Shown: positions 9,484 to 20,084, numbered from the stretch's first letter. The stretch is DNA of 64,000 nt from a virus (IMGVR_UViG_3300031669_005479:96001-160000); one strand, 5' to 3'. A program made the numbers and translations. The notes: generated by a model from the sequence alone, not told the origin.

Positions 9484-10193
9484 ATTTTATTAAAAATGTT
9501 ATTTATGAATTCCGTTTGAACTTTATCGTCGTATCTATGCTTATCAAAAACATAATTATCTTCTAAAAATTGTTCTTTATGTTTTAAATATCCTTCCCGA
9601 TGTTCGAGTACAATTCTACGTATGCCCCTTTTCTTCGCAAAATAATTCACATATATATCATCCATTGATGTAGTTCCACAGAAATCATACCATTTATCAA
9701 GGTCATCATAAAATTCTCGTTTAAATAATGACCCGCAATTGCTTGCAATATCTACTTCAACATCTTGTTCAACATTTCCTAACGAACGAAAAACGGCTAA
9801 TGGCTGTCCATAATAACTAATAATATTACCTTTAGGTAGTATTCTGCCATGCAAGGAAACCATAGCATTATACTTTTCACAACCATTTACTAATTTATGG
9901 AGATAATTTGATGGATATATTAAATCATCATCGGCCAAGCAAATATAATAATTATGACCAATACCAACAAATCTAAGTTTTTCATTACTTCCCTTTTCAT
10001 TATTAGTTCTATGAAGACTTATCTTTTCATCATTTAACATTTCATTTACGAACTTCCATTGCTCATCAGTGTAATTGTTACATGAAATTGTAATTGTACC
10101 AACTTCTGGATTTAACAACAAAGATTTAACCGTTTTAACAACATGTCCCTGTCGCCATAAGGATGCCATATAAATATCAACAAATTTATCCAT
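9480..10193 (-). CDS. Glycosyltransferase (GT2-like)
   Basis: YMASLWRQ, ICLADDDLIYP (DxD), MDDIYV; start set at 10193 to avoid overlap with the upstream gene. Confidence 0.75.
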   Translation of the reverse strand: MDKFVDIYMASLWRQGHVVKTVKSLLLNPEVGTITISCNNYTDEQWKFVNEMLNDEKISLHRTNNEKGSNEKLRFVGIGHNYYICLADDDLIYPSNYLHKLVNGCEKYNAMVSLHGRILPKGNIISYYGQPLAVFRSLGNVEQDVEVDIASNCGSLFKREFYDDLDKWYDFCGTTSMDDIYVNYFAKKRGIRRIVLEHREGYLKHKEQFLEDNYVFDKHRYDDKVQTEFINNIFNKI

Positions 10194-10194
10194 A

Positions 10195-12309
10195 CTAATT
10201 AATAGGTTTTTGTCCATAATTTGGGCTACCTTGTGTTTGTGTCAACACCAAGTCAATCCATTTTTGCTGTAATCTTTTCGTAAGACTAGATATTACTCTA
10301 TAGTCTCCAAAATTCCATGAACCCCAATCAACAGGTAAGTGCTTACTATGAAACATAAATCCAATACCTGAAATATTACCAGCAATTATCCTACCAAATC
10401 CATCATTGCTTGGAACAATTTGACCATTAATATCCACTCGCCATAATAATATTTGATTTTCATTTTCAATATTATCTACAATAATTTTTAATGAATCTGG
10501 ATTAATAAATTTATCATCATCGTCTAAATACATTATCCAGCCACCTTTTACATATTTTTGTAATTCATTTAAATGCAAATTCCAAGGTGCTGGATAACTT
10601 GCTGGACCATCTGGAATTGTTGTTGAATATTCCTGCAAATCTAATTTAATGTAATCAGAAAAATAGTCACATTTTATATCACTTCCCACAATATGATTAA
10701 CATTTTTATATGTTTGGGTTAAAATAGAATCCTGACATACTTTAAAATGCTTCGGCCTGTCATGTGTTCGTGTTAATATATTTACCAGTGGATTGTTATT
10801 GCTTTCATGATTGTTGTCATTATTTTTTATAAATGATAGCAATCTTTCATAGTCAACCATAAATCGTTGTTCACCACCACTTAATTTATTTCTTGAGATT
10901 GATTCATAGTGATATGCGACGGCATCGCTAATTGTAATGTTTTTAAGTCCAGAATATTTACATTTGAGATTCAATTCGACATCCTCTAAACATTCAATAT
11001 ATTCTTCATTAAAACCGCCAAACATTAAAAACAATTCTTTTTTTATTAACAAAAAACCGCCAGTATTTCCTTGTGAATTATAATTAATCTCTGTTTGAAA
11101 GCCATCAGTCTTCCTAATATCTTTATGTGATAGTCTTATTTGATTATTATTATCCTTAACTATGGTAATCCCGTTGTGTTGAATACTGCCATCACCATAA
11201 TGTAAACGAATTCCAATTGTTCCAACATTATTTTTATTTTGATTGTAAACTTCAACACATCTACTTAACGCATCGTTTAGTAACTTTATATCGTCATTAC
11301 AAAATAAAATTAACTCAGTATCTGCAGATAGATGATTTTTAACAACATCATTATTTATTTTCGCAAAATTATACCAATTGTATTTAATCAATTTAATTCT
11401 ATCATCAAGAAATTCATCATATTTTTTTATAACGTCTTCATCACTACCAGTATCGGCAATAATTATTTCATAGTTATTATATCTAACAAATTCTTTCCAA
11501 GAATTAATATTATTATTAAGATAACTATAATTGTTTTTTGTTGGAATTATAACAGAAACTTTTGGAAATTCCTTTAACTTTACGTTGAGTTCGCTATGTT
11601 GTGGAGATACTGACAATGGAAGTTCGTCTGCATATCTCCGAGCAAATTGTAATCTATTGTTTTCCCATTGCTGGTTTGTCATACCTATTGACTTATGTAA
11701 TATACGGATTACAGTTGTTACCCCAATATTGCAGCCATCTAAATAATTTGGAATACAAAATCCCAAATCATAAAAATGAAAACCAGCAAACGTTTCGTCA
11801 AATTTATGAATAATTGTATCTGGATTAAAAGTAATAAATAAACCATCAATTAATACCACTTCTTTGACACCAAGAATCTCTGGTGAATACTGACTTACCC
11901 ATGTATTATAACCATCTGTATGCTCAACAATACCACACATTTTTGTTCTATCTTCCCACCATTGAGCAGAAGCAGGTAAAAATGTACTACCAGCAACACC
12001 AATTATATCATAATCAGAACTATTATATTTAGTTAATAAAAGTCTACCCCAATTTTTTGTCTTAATAATAATATCGTTATGACACATAACAAAAATGCAA
12101 TCTTTTTCATAATGATGAGTAATTGCATCGTTATATATTTTAGATAGACCATATTGATTAAAATTGGGATAACAAACTACCTTATGCTTAACACCAATGC
12201 TACTACTAATGTGTTTAATAAACTCATTATTTTCAAGTTCAGTTAAATGAGAAGAAAATATTACAACAATATTATTTTTCATGTATACAGCTTTTGCAAC
12301 TGCAAACAT
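10195..12309 (-). CDS. Multi-domain glycosyltransferase (three GT-A modules)
   Basis: Module 1 FVMCHNDI...FHFYDL; module 2 KVSVIIPTKN...IIIADTGS...LFCNDDI...EDVELN; module 3 LVNILTRT...MYLDDDD; true start may be 12282. Confidence 0.85.
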   Translation of the reverse strand: MFAVAKAVYMKNNIVVIFSSHLTELENNEFIKHISSSIGVKHKVVCYPNFNQYGLSKIYNDAITHHYEKDCIFVMCHNDIIIKTKNWGRLLLTKYNSSDYDIIGVAGSTFLPASAQWWEDRTKMCGIVEHTDGYNTWVSQYSPEILGVKEVVLIDGLFITFNPDTIIHKFDETFAGFHFYDLGFCIPNYLDGCNIGVTTVIRILHKSIGMTNQQWENNRLQFARRYADELPLSVSPQHSELNVKLKEFPKVSVIIPTKNNYSYLNNNINSWKEFVRYNNYEIIIADTGSDEDVIKKYDEFLDDRIKLIKYNWYNFAKINNDVVKNHLSADTELILFCNDDIKLLNDALSRCVEVYNQNKNNVGTIGIRLHYGDGSIQHNGITIVKDNNNQIRLSHKDIRKTDGFQTEINYNSQGNTGGFLLIKKELFLMFGGFNEEYIECLEDVELNLKCKYSGLKNITISDAVAYHYESISRNKLSGGEQRFMVDYERLLSFIKNNDNNHESNNNPLVNILTRTHDRPKHFKVCQDSILTQTYKNVNHIVGSDIKCDYFSDYIKLDLQEYSTTIPDGPASYPAPWNLHLNELQKYVKGGWIMYLDDDDKFINPDSLKIIVDNIENENQILLWRVDINGQIVPSNDGFGRIIAGNISGIGFMFHSKHLPVDWGSWNFGDYRVISSLTKRLQQKWIDLVLTQTQGSPNYGQKPIN

Positions 12310-12336
12310 AAGTAATTTAATTTAAAATTACAAGTA

Positions 12337-12651
12337 TTATTCGTTTATATAGGTAGTTAATATCGACTCATAATCAGATTTTGCCTTACTTAATGGAAAT
12401 GCTATTCGAATAAGTGCACCTTCTGGTATGTCAAATTCACTAACATATATATTATTGGCATATAATATTAGAAAATCATAAAAAGGATTACCATAATATT
12501 TTTGTGACAATTTATCGAGTCTACTGTTTTCAGGATTCCAAGTTTCATACTTATCACTAGAATTTATTGGTAAATCAACAAATGGCATTGGGTTAATTGT
12601 ACCGTCCGAATTTCTCAATATTGAATATCTATCGTAGTCTTTATATGGCAT
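12337..12651 (-). CDS. Baseplate wedge-type LysM-like protein (gp53/tail X-like)
   Basis: RLDKLSQKYYGNPFYDFLILYAN...IPEGALIRI pattern; downstream of a large baseplate-like gene. Confidence 0.6.
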   Translation of the reverse strand: MPYKDYDRYSILRNSDGTINPMPFVDLPINSSDKYETWNPENSRLDKLSQKYYGNPFYDFLILYANNIYVSEFDIPEGALIRIAFPLSKAKSDYESILTTYINE

Positions 12652-12659
12652 ATATTCTA

Positions 12660-15600
12660 TTATTTAGTTCCATTATTTTGATTATTCTGCGAATCTCTTA
12701 TTGCATTAAATGCAGATAATAATGCAGAATTTTTTCCATTTAAAATTCCCTGTGTATAGCTCGACTGATTTTCGGCAACACTTGTTGGAAGTTTATACAT
12801 ACCATCACTAGTATATGTAGAATTTGCATAATAATTGAATGATACAGCATTTTGAAGTGCATCAATTGGTCCCTTAAGCGATTGCCCACCAATTATTTTC
12901 ATTTGCATTGTGATTTTAGCCATCATTGGCTGCATACCAAAACCTTCTGGGTTCATATCCCATGCACTATCATTATAGTCAATTGTTATGTTATCAATTA
13001 CAATTTTAGTATAAAAAAAATCACCTATTCTTAATATACATATTGGTTGTTTACCAAATACAGAATTTTTACCCTGTATTTCTCCATTATCATCTATAAT
13101 ATCATATCTTTTTGCAGCACCCTGCCTAACACATTGCTGCAAAAAAGTAAGACGTTTATGAAAATCTTCGGGTGTCTGACTATGATTAGCAGGTGAGTAA
13201 TAGTTTTCCTTAATATTTTCAAATTGATTTAACACACCCTTTGAATCAAATTTTCTTTGACTATAAATATTATCGGAAATATCACCACTACCATTATTTG
13301 AATTTAATCTATCAATTTTTGATTGAAGTGAATCAATTTCTTTTTGTTTTTCAGATATATCGGTAATATCACTACTTGATTGCAAATTACCATTTATTGG
13401 AATACTCTTTATTTGTGGTGGAGTTGGAATTCTTGAATTTCTAGCAATAAGTATTGTGGCAGTTCTATCACGTTTAACAATGTCAAGATTAATATTATTT
13501 TTATCTGCACCTTCTGAACTACCAACACTACTACCCTGACTTATTGGGTCTTTTAAATCAAAATCATCAAGATTTGATATATTAAGAACCGCTTTTAATC
13601 TTGCCTCAAAAAATTTTCTTGCTGCCAATCCTCTTCTAAATCCAAGTTGATAATTATAATCAGCTTCTTCTGATTTATTTTCATACAATTTTGATGCGTT
13701 TCCAACAAAATTAACCGAATAATATTGTCTAAATTCCTCATTACCAAAAATATCTTTTAATCTCTGATTAAAATAATTCTGAGAATTACCATCACCAATA
13801 TCTTGTTGATTAATTTGTCCAATATTATATTGATCAACATTACTATTATCTTTAACATATTTACCACCAGTAGATTCGGTGAGACCAGTGAAATAATATA
13901 TTTGACTGTTTAATCCTAATGCCCTTCCTTCCTGAGCACTATCAACTTTTGTTGAAATTTCATAATGAAGCGGATTATTATACATGTAGTTCATTGTAGT
14001 GTTTACTTGACTATCAGTTGGAACATCATTTTGAAAATATATAATAAAACTTTCACTAACTGTTGGTGGTTCAGAATATGTATTATTAGTACCATTAATG
14101 GTATTAATTTCATTTTTTAAAACATTTATTCTTAATTGCAAATCATTAATTGCTGCACTAGGATTTAATGGGTCACCACCGAATGCAAAAAAATCTGCGA
14201 CCTTCTTCTTATAATCAGGATTTCCTATATAGTTTTTTAGTTGTTCGGGATAATCCATTAACATAACAAAACTAAGCGTTGCACTTCTTTCAGAATTCAT
14301 GTAATTATACATTGGTTCGTTTCTACCAAGCATAACAGTTGGTTCAAATTTCGCACTAGCTGTTTCGTTTAACTGCATATCATAAGGTGGAAACCACATA
14401 ATTCTTCCAGAAAATGGTCCAACCTCACTTGATGGAATTGGTGATCCAAATTCGTCATCAATTATGCCATTACCACTTTTTGGGTCTTTAATTACACCAA
14501 TTGCAAGATTTTCAATACTAAACATTAGATTTTTCGAATCAATGTTGCCCTTATCATCTCGTGTTGGATGAATTCTTGGCATTACTGATTGATGTATAAC
14601 AGAATTTTCATTTCCACCATAAGCAATATTACCAACGTATCTTAATGTCTTTGCATATCTATCATATTGATCAATTACAGAATGTTGACGAATACCAGTA
14701 TAGTTTAGATTACCACTAACATTTGCATATTGAGAATTATTTGACTGCCATAAAGGATTACCATTAAACCCAATTACATCGTTACCATTCACAAATGCTT
14801 TTTTTGTAATATCTATATAGTGACCAGAAGTAGCATTTAATAAATTCTTTGTATATTCCAATATACCACGCTTTACATTAAAATCGGTATTAAGAACAGA
14901 ACTCTGAAGTTGTAAATTATCCTGCTCGTATGTGGTATTGCCATGCAAATATGATGACACACTTTTTGCATTATCTGAAACACCATCTCTACCCCAAACA
15001 AGTTTATTATTAATACTTTCACTATCAACACTATTAACTACATTGTATAAATCAATACTACCCTTTTGTGGTGTTTTATTTGTTATTCCAAAATCAGAAT
15101 CAATAATGTCTTGACTTGGCGCATATTCATCTGTGGTTGTATCAGTAGTAAACGAATCAAACATATCGATATTGCTACGATAAACAACATATGATGGAGA
15201 ATAAATATGATTATAATTATATGGATGAAATTCTTTACTGTCGAAATTAAAATAAATTTTATCCAGCACAACATCAGATTGTCTAGTTAATTTTACTCCT
15301 TGATATGCACTATCAGAATTAATCGTACTAATCGTATTACTACTATCAGTACCATCTTGATTTATTGATTTATATACATTTAAATTAATGTTTCTAAAAA
15401 ATTGAATTAATTGACCCTTACCAGTATTTTTAAGATAGTCATCATTCGTAGGATTTGCACTAAGTGGATTGGCATTAGTAATATAATTAGTGCTATAAAA
15501 AGCAGTGCTAATTATTTTTTCAAATAGATTTGCATTAATATCCTTTGTAATACCATAATCGGTTGGAAATGACAACGGATTTTGCCATTTTAATATTTTA

Positions 15601-15950
15601 CTTAAATCAACAGATGGTAAATATTGCTGTGCCAAATGCGCTGCAGAATCATAAGATAACTGCTTAATAAGCATTTGTGATCCAATTTGTTCTAAATTAG
15701 TTAAATTTCCACCTCCAGCACTAACAATACCTCTTGAAATTAATGAATTACTAATATTTCCAATGCCGTTAAGTTGTGGAATAACATTAACATAATTACC
15801 AACTTGTTTTAATGAAGTTGGCGTATTATCTTGATATGGAACAGATGAATCATAAGGATTTTCTGCAATAATTGCATTTCTAAAATCATTATAATTAGTA
15901 TAAAATTTACCCTTCCAGCTAATATTTAAATTGCTATCTAATGTTGACAT
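12660..15950 (-). CDS. Large tail/baseplate structural protein
   Basis: 1096 aa directly downstream of the tape measure gene; C-terminal PICILRIGDFFYTKIVIDNITIDY...WD tube-initiator-like motif. Confidence 0.55.
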   Translation of the reverse strand: MSTLDSNLNISWKGKFYTNYNDFRNAIIAENPYDSSVPYQDNTPTSLKQVGNYVNVIPQLNGIGNISNSLISRGIVSAGGGNLTNLEQIGSQMLIKQLSYDSAAHLAQQYLPSVDLSKILKWQNPLSFPTDYGITKDINANLFEKIISTAFYSTNYITNANPLSANPTNDDYLKNTGKGQLIQFFRNINLNVYKSINQDGTDSSNTISTINSDSAYQGVKLTRQSDVVLDKIYFNFDSKEFHPYNYNHIYSPSYVVYRSNIDMFDSFTTDTTTDEYAPSQDIIDSDFGITNKTPQKGSIDLYNVVNSVDSESINNKLVWGRDGVSDNAKSVSSYLHGNTTYEQDNLQLQSSVLNTDFNVKRGILEYTKNLLNATSGHYIDITKKAFVNGNDVIGFNGNPLWQSNNSQYANVSGNLNYTGIRQHSVIDQYDRYAKTLRYVGNIAYGGNENSVIHQSVMPRIHPTRDDKGNIDSKNLMFSIENLAIGVIKDPKSGNGIIDDEFGSPIPSSEVGPFSGRIMWFPPYDMQLNETASAKFEPTVMLGRNEPMYNYMNSERSATLSFVMLMDYPEQLKNYIGNPDYKKKVADFFAFGGDPLNPSAAINDLQLRINVLKNEINTINGTNNTYSEPPTVSESFIIYFQNDVPTDSQVNTTMNYMYNNPLHYEISTKVDSAQEGRALGLNSQIYYFTGLTESTGGKYVKDNSNVDQYNIGQINQQDIGDGNSQNYFNQRLKDIFGNEEFRQYYSVNFVGNASKLYENKSEEADYNYQLGFRRGLAARKFFEARLKAVLNISNLDDFDLKDPISQGSSVGSSEGADKNNINLDIVKRDRTATILIARNSRIPTPPQIKSIPINGNLQSSSDITDISEKQKEIDSLQSKIDRLNSNNGSGDISDNIYSQRKFDSKGVLNQFENIKENYYSPANHSQTPEDFHKRLTFLQQCVRQGAAKRYDIIDDNGEIQGKNSVFGKQPICILRIGDFFYTKIVIDNITIDYNDSAWDMNPEGFGMQPMMAKITMQMKIIGGQSLKGPIDALQNAVSFNYYANSTYTSDGMYKLPTSVAENQSSYTQGILNGKNSALLSAFNAIRDSQNNQNNGTK

Positions 15951-15964
15951 CCACGTATTTTTAA

Positions 15965-15972
15965 ATAAATAC
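15965..15972 (-). promoter_or_regulatory. Putative late promoter motif GTATTTAT
   Basis: 14 nt upstream of the start at 15950. Confidence 0.6.
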
Positions 15973-16360
15973 TTGCAGAATAAGTTTTTTATATATACTT
16001 TTACCTTGCCAAAAACTATGCAATCGACATATTCTTATAACAATATTTTTTCCTAAAAAAAGTTGAGTATGTAATGAAATTAACTATGATTAATTGAAAT
16101 TATAATATTACTTTTGATTTTTTAATTGATTTCAATTGAAATGAACATAACTATCCCATATTGTCAAATTATTATTAAATTTGTAAAAGTTAATAACAAT
16201 CTTGTAAATTTGTTCATCAATTCGGAGAAGCGATGAAAGAAGTTTGAATGAGTTAAATAACTGTTTGTCTGAAAGACTCCCAAAAGTTTAATGAAAAACT
16301 TCGTCAAAGTTACAATATTTTTTTGACAATATCAAGACATTTTATGTTTTATGGCAAAAT

Positions 16361-18916
16361 TTATTTTTTTCCTGATTTTCCTTGATATGCAGATTGTTGT
16401 TTTTCAATAGCAACTACAGTGTCATATACTTTATGCATGAAAACTTCTCCATTCATATTTAATGTAATGTCATTGCTTAATTGAACTTTTCCACCATTTT
16501 CAAATTCAACTTTTAGTGGAGATTTTAATAGATTTGCAAGTTCTGCAAACATTCCACCACCTTTAATATTTGCTTTTGAAATTGATTCAACAGCATTTTG
16601 AACAGCAATAAAATCATCTTTACTTCCTGACATTACTGATTTTATATTTGCAAATCCATCTCCAACATTTTTTATTGCGTCAGCATGTTTTGCAATGCGA
16701 CCAATTGCAAATGATAGTCCAATTGCAGCAGGTAATGACATTGTTGAAACTCCAAATGCTGCCGACATCATACCAATCCCCGATGCTACTTTAATAAAAT
16801 CATCACCAGCACCTTTAATGTTTTTAAACATATCGCCTAATCCAGTGCCCATATATCCAATACCTGCTGCTGCAATACCAACAGCACCACCTATCATCAA
16901 TAGTGCAGCACCCAATGCTAATAATACTGGTGCTGCAGGAGCAGCAACTGCTGCAACAATACCAATACCCACCGCTGCAGCTGGAAATGTAATTGCAAGT
17001 GTCATTGCAATACTTTTTAGATTTTCTGCCTGATCTTTTGTTAACTTACTCATGGAATCTGCAAGTTTTGATATTCCTTCCGCTGCAAGTCCAACTCCAG
17101 CACCAAGTCCAATTGCGGCTGCACCAATACCAGCACCAGTTCCTAATGATTTTAAACCCTGTCCTGCTGCAAGTCCACCTGCACCTTTTTTTATATTACC
17201 TGCCTTAGTAAACCATTTACTTGCACTCTTACCCATTCCACCACCTTCTTTTGCTATAGAAGATGATTTACCAAACCCAATTGACTTGAATGCACCACCT
17301 AGTTTTCCGCTTTCTAAAAATTTATCTGCAACCCTACCCAATCCAAACGTAACTGTTTTCCAAGCAACCGCTGCTCCTGCTAATATTGCAGCAGTTGCTG
17401 CCAATCCCCCCCATCCTTTTGTTGCAAGGTCTGCAAGCCATTTAACGGCAGGTAATAAATATTTATTAATTCCATTTAATACAGGTAGTAAGGATGCCTT
17501 TAATTCTTGAATAGTTGCCTTAAATGTTTCATCAAATGTTTGTGCGTTTTTTGCACGTTCCTCCAAACTCACCTGTTCTTTAGCAAAAGCTTTTGCTTGA
17601 TCTTTTGTTAGATTACTAATATCTTCCATTCTACCAGCAAGTTCAACTTGAAATCTACCCGATTTTGCATTAAACACTGCAGCACCTTGAACTAATTCTT
17701 TTTCTCTATCAGTTAAACCCAATCCCTGTAATTGCTGTGCCATTTTACTAATATCAAATGCACGTTCTGCCATTTCAGTCATTTTTTCGGTGGTAATGCC
17801 CAACGCTTTACCAGCAAATGCTAATCTATCACGGTCTGCAGGACTAATAAATTTTTCAAACGTTCCATCACTAGTTTTTCTTAATGTAACTAAATTTTTA
17901 GTTAATCCAGCAATTTTTTCTTGTAATTTTTTGGGGTCATTACGTGCAAAATATAGTGTTTGAAACATATCAAGTTTTGCAAATTCACCTCCCATTACTT
18001 GTAGTTTAGCAACCATATTAATTGCGCCATCCAAGGTTCTTGCAGTATCTGCTGCATTTAATGCATCGCTAATATCAATTTTAAATTTTTCGGCATATTG
18101 TGCCATTTCAGCAAAACCCTTAACTCCTTGCTGAAAATTATATGTATTTAATTTTTTAAAATTATCATTTATGTTTTTTAATACTTTGGTTGTATTAACG
18201 CCCATTCTTTCCGATGAATCTACAACCCCCTGTACGTAATTCATTGTACTTTTTGCATCAAATCCCATTAATTCAAATTGCGCACCTAGTTTTGTTGCTT
18301 GCTCAATACCTAATCCAGTACCCTTTCCAATCATAGTAATGTCACTAAGCATTTCAGATGTCATTGCACGTGCCCTACCAGTTTCATCCGCATATCCTTC
18401 TTGAATCTTTTGTAAATCTTCAAGGTTTGCACCAAGTCTTGCAGCAAAAATCGCACTATTTTCAAATGAACTTCGCATCATTTCTGCCTTAGTACCTGAC
18501 ATGCCAAGGTTAAGAACTGTTGATCTAATTATTTTATCTTGTGATTGTAAATATGTCCAAAGTCCTTTTACTGCACCACCTAGTTGTCTGGTTAAGTCAA
18601 CTGCTGTTTGTCTAGCTTTATTTCCTTCCCTAATTGTCTTATTAAATTCCTTTTCTTTATCAATAAGACTTTTTTGTTCATTTCTTAGTTGTTCTACTAA
18701 TTTAAGTGCATCCTTTTCACCAGCAAGATACGATTTAGTTGCTTCAGCAAGTAATTTTTGATTATTTGCAATTTGTTCAGAAAGAAGTCTGCTTTGTTCT
18801 TGCTGACTAACAACACCCTTTTTACCATTAATTTCGTCTTGAATTAATTTATTTAGTGCTGATTGTTGCTCACGCATTTTTTCTAACTCACTTAAACTTT
18901 TATGTGTATCTGCCAT
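16361..18916 (-). CDS. Tape measure protein
   Basis: 851 aa helical coiled-coil protein with an Ala/Gly-rich hydrophobic C-terminal third; directly downstream of a frameshifted chaperone pair. Confidence 0.8.
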   Translation of the reverse strand: MADTHKSLSELEKMREQQSALNKLIQDEINGKKGVVSQQEQSRLLSEQIANNQKLLAEATKSYLAGEKDALKLVEQLRNEQKSLIDKEKEFNKTIREGNKARQTAVDLTRQLGGAVKGLWTYLQSQDKIIRSTVLNLGMSGTKAEMMRSSFENSAIFAARLGANLEDLQKIQEGYADETGRARAMTSEMLSDITMIGKGTGLGIEQATKLGAQFELMGFDAKSTMNYVQGVVDSSERMGVNTTKVLKNINDNFKKLNTYNFQQGVKGFAEMAQYAEKFKIDISDALNAADTARTLDGAINMVAKLQVMGGEFAKLDMFQTLYFARNDPKKLQEKIAGLTKNLVTLRKTSDGTFEKFISPADRDRLAFAGKALGITTEKMTEMAERAFDISKMAQQLQGLGLTDREKELVQGAAVFNAKSGRFQVELAGRMEDISNLTKDQAKAFAKEQVSLEERAKNAQTFDETFKATIQELKASLLPVLNGINKYLLPAVKWLADLATKGWGGLAATAAILAGAAVAWKTVTFGLGRVADKFLESGKLGGAFKSIGFGKSSSIAKEGGGMGKSASKWFTKAGNIKKGAGGLAAGQGLKSLGTGAGIGAAAIGLGAGVGLAAEGISKLADSMSKLTKDQAENLKSIAMTLAITFPAAAVGIGIVAAVAAPAAPVLLALGAALLMIGGAVGIAAAGIGYMGTGLGDMFKNIKGAGDDFIKVASGIGMMSAAFGVSTMSLPAAIGLSFAIGRIAKHADAIKNVGDGFANIKSVMSGSKDDFIAVQNAVESISKANIKGGGMFAELANLLKSPLKVEFENGGKVQLSNDITLNMNGEVFMHKVYDTVVAIEKQQSAYQGKSGKK

Positions 18917-18934
18917 AATATTTTGGTGTTTGTA

Positions 18935-18943
18935 TATAAATAC
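18935..18943 (-). promoter_or_regulatory. Putative late promoter motif GTATTTATA
   Basis: 18 nt upstream of the tape measure start. Confidence 0.6.
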
Positions 18944-18977
18944 AATAGACCAAGAATTTTACCTTCTTGGTCTATTG
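18943..18977 (-). terminator. Perfect 14-bp-stem hairpin at the end of the frameshift ORF
   Basis: CAATAGACCAAGAA / TTCTTGGTCTATTG with a 7-nt loop, followed on the minus strand by TATTTAT. Confidence 0.65.
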
Positions 18978-19177
18978 CTACTTTTATTTCTTTCGTTATC
19001 GGCAATTCTTTCTATTTCATCTCTTTCCTTTTTGAGTAAGTGTAGAAAGTGTCGTCTACGATAAATCGGAATATTTTCAATATAATTCGCCTGAAATCTA
19101 CCATGCTTTGTTAAAATGTAAATTTCTTCATTAACCATTTTCTTATACTCACCTGCTAGGTGCTTGGGAAAAAAAAA
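18959..19177 (-). CDS. -1 frame extension of the tail assembly chaperone (GT-like product; not in ORF track)
   Basis: Open from the T9 run: FFFPKHLAGEYKKMVNEEIYILTKHGRFQANYIENIPIYRRRHFLHLLKKERDEIERIADNERNKSSNRPRR*; an internal ATG at 19138 would give 59 aa. Confidence 0.75.
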   Translation of the reverse strand, partial: FFFPKHLAGEYKKMVNEEIYILTKHGRFQANYIENIPIYRRRHFLHLLKKERDEIERIADNERNKSSNRPRR

Positions 19178-20061
19178 TCCAGACCAATTGTTAAATTAGC
19201 TTCAAATGTATACCCATCCTTTGTTTTAAATTCATATGCCATATCAACATCAGGTGCAACATCAATGATTTTTCTACGAATTGCGTATGCATCTAGTGCT
19301 GGCATTGCATCTACAAATTTATCAACATATGTTCTGTCCATATTTCCACCAATTGAAATAATATGTGACTTTAATTTCATTGTATTATATTCACTAAATT
19401 CTTGGTTATATACATCTTTTAATGCTTCGGCTTTTTTAAATATGATATCTTCTTCACCTGAAGTGAGCAATCTAATTATAGCAGTTTTTTTACGCATGGG
19501 TAATTCAACACTAAAATATCCCCTTTCATCTGGAAGTTCCTTAATTTCCCTATACTTTAATTTTAATAGGTTAACTGATGCCTTAAATGGTGTATTTGTT
19601 CTAGGGTCATTAACTTGAACAGTGTATTCTGAACCATAACTTGAGCTGCGTAAAAACAAAATTATTGCATTACGGTCACCTGCCAACAGATTTTCAGGAT
19701 TAACACCTGCGGTTTTTATTTTTCTTTTTAATAGTAAATTTAATACAGTACCAGAATCAATTAGTGATGGAGTTGTAAGTAAGTCCTCATCTTTTGATGT
19801 CATATACTCAACATTTACTTCAGAAATTCCATTAGAATAAAATAAACCCTTTGATGGTAATTTAATTATTTCATATGCAATCATCAAATCAGGGTCAGTT
19901 TCAGTTGACATCGTTCTTTCAAAATTACTTTGATTAAATTCTGGGGTCTTTGGTGCTAAATTTATTGGACTACCAATTTGTTGGTTATTTGAGTCTTCTT
20001 TGTATTTTTTTAATACATCTCCAATTTGTTCCTTTTGTGGTAATTGTGCTCCGTCTTCCAT
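19156..20061 (-). CDS. Tail assembly chaperone / T4 gp26-like baseplate hub assembly protein
   Basis: IKLPSKGLFY...YMTSKDEDLL...LLAGDRNAIILFLR..SYG; ends GAT TTT TTT TTC CCA (slippery site); upstream of tape measure. Confidence 0.75.
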   Translation of the reverse strand: MEDGAQLPQKEQIGDVLKKYKEDSNNQQIGSPINLAPKTPEFNQSNFERTMSTETDPDLMIAYEIIKLPSKGLFYSNGISEVNVEYMTSKDEDLLTTPSLIDSGTVLNLLLKRKIKTAGVNPENLLAGDRNAIILFLRSSSYGSEYTVQVNDPRTNTPFKASVNLLKLKYREIKELPDERGYFSVELPMRKKTAIIRLLTSGEEDIIFKKAEALKDVYNQEFSEYNTMKLKSHIISIGGNMDRTYVDKFVDAMPALDAYAIRRKIIDVAPDVDMAYEFKTKDGYTFEANLTIGLDFFFPST

Positions 20062-20084
20062 TTTATATTTTTTTATTGTTTTTG

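Noticed and set aside
16695-18761. Plus-strand ORFs inside the tape measure gene
   Set aside because: Antisense shadows of an Ala/Gly-rich gene, with no promoter or protein motif.
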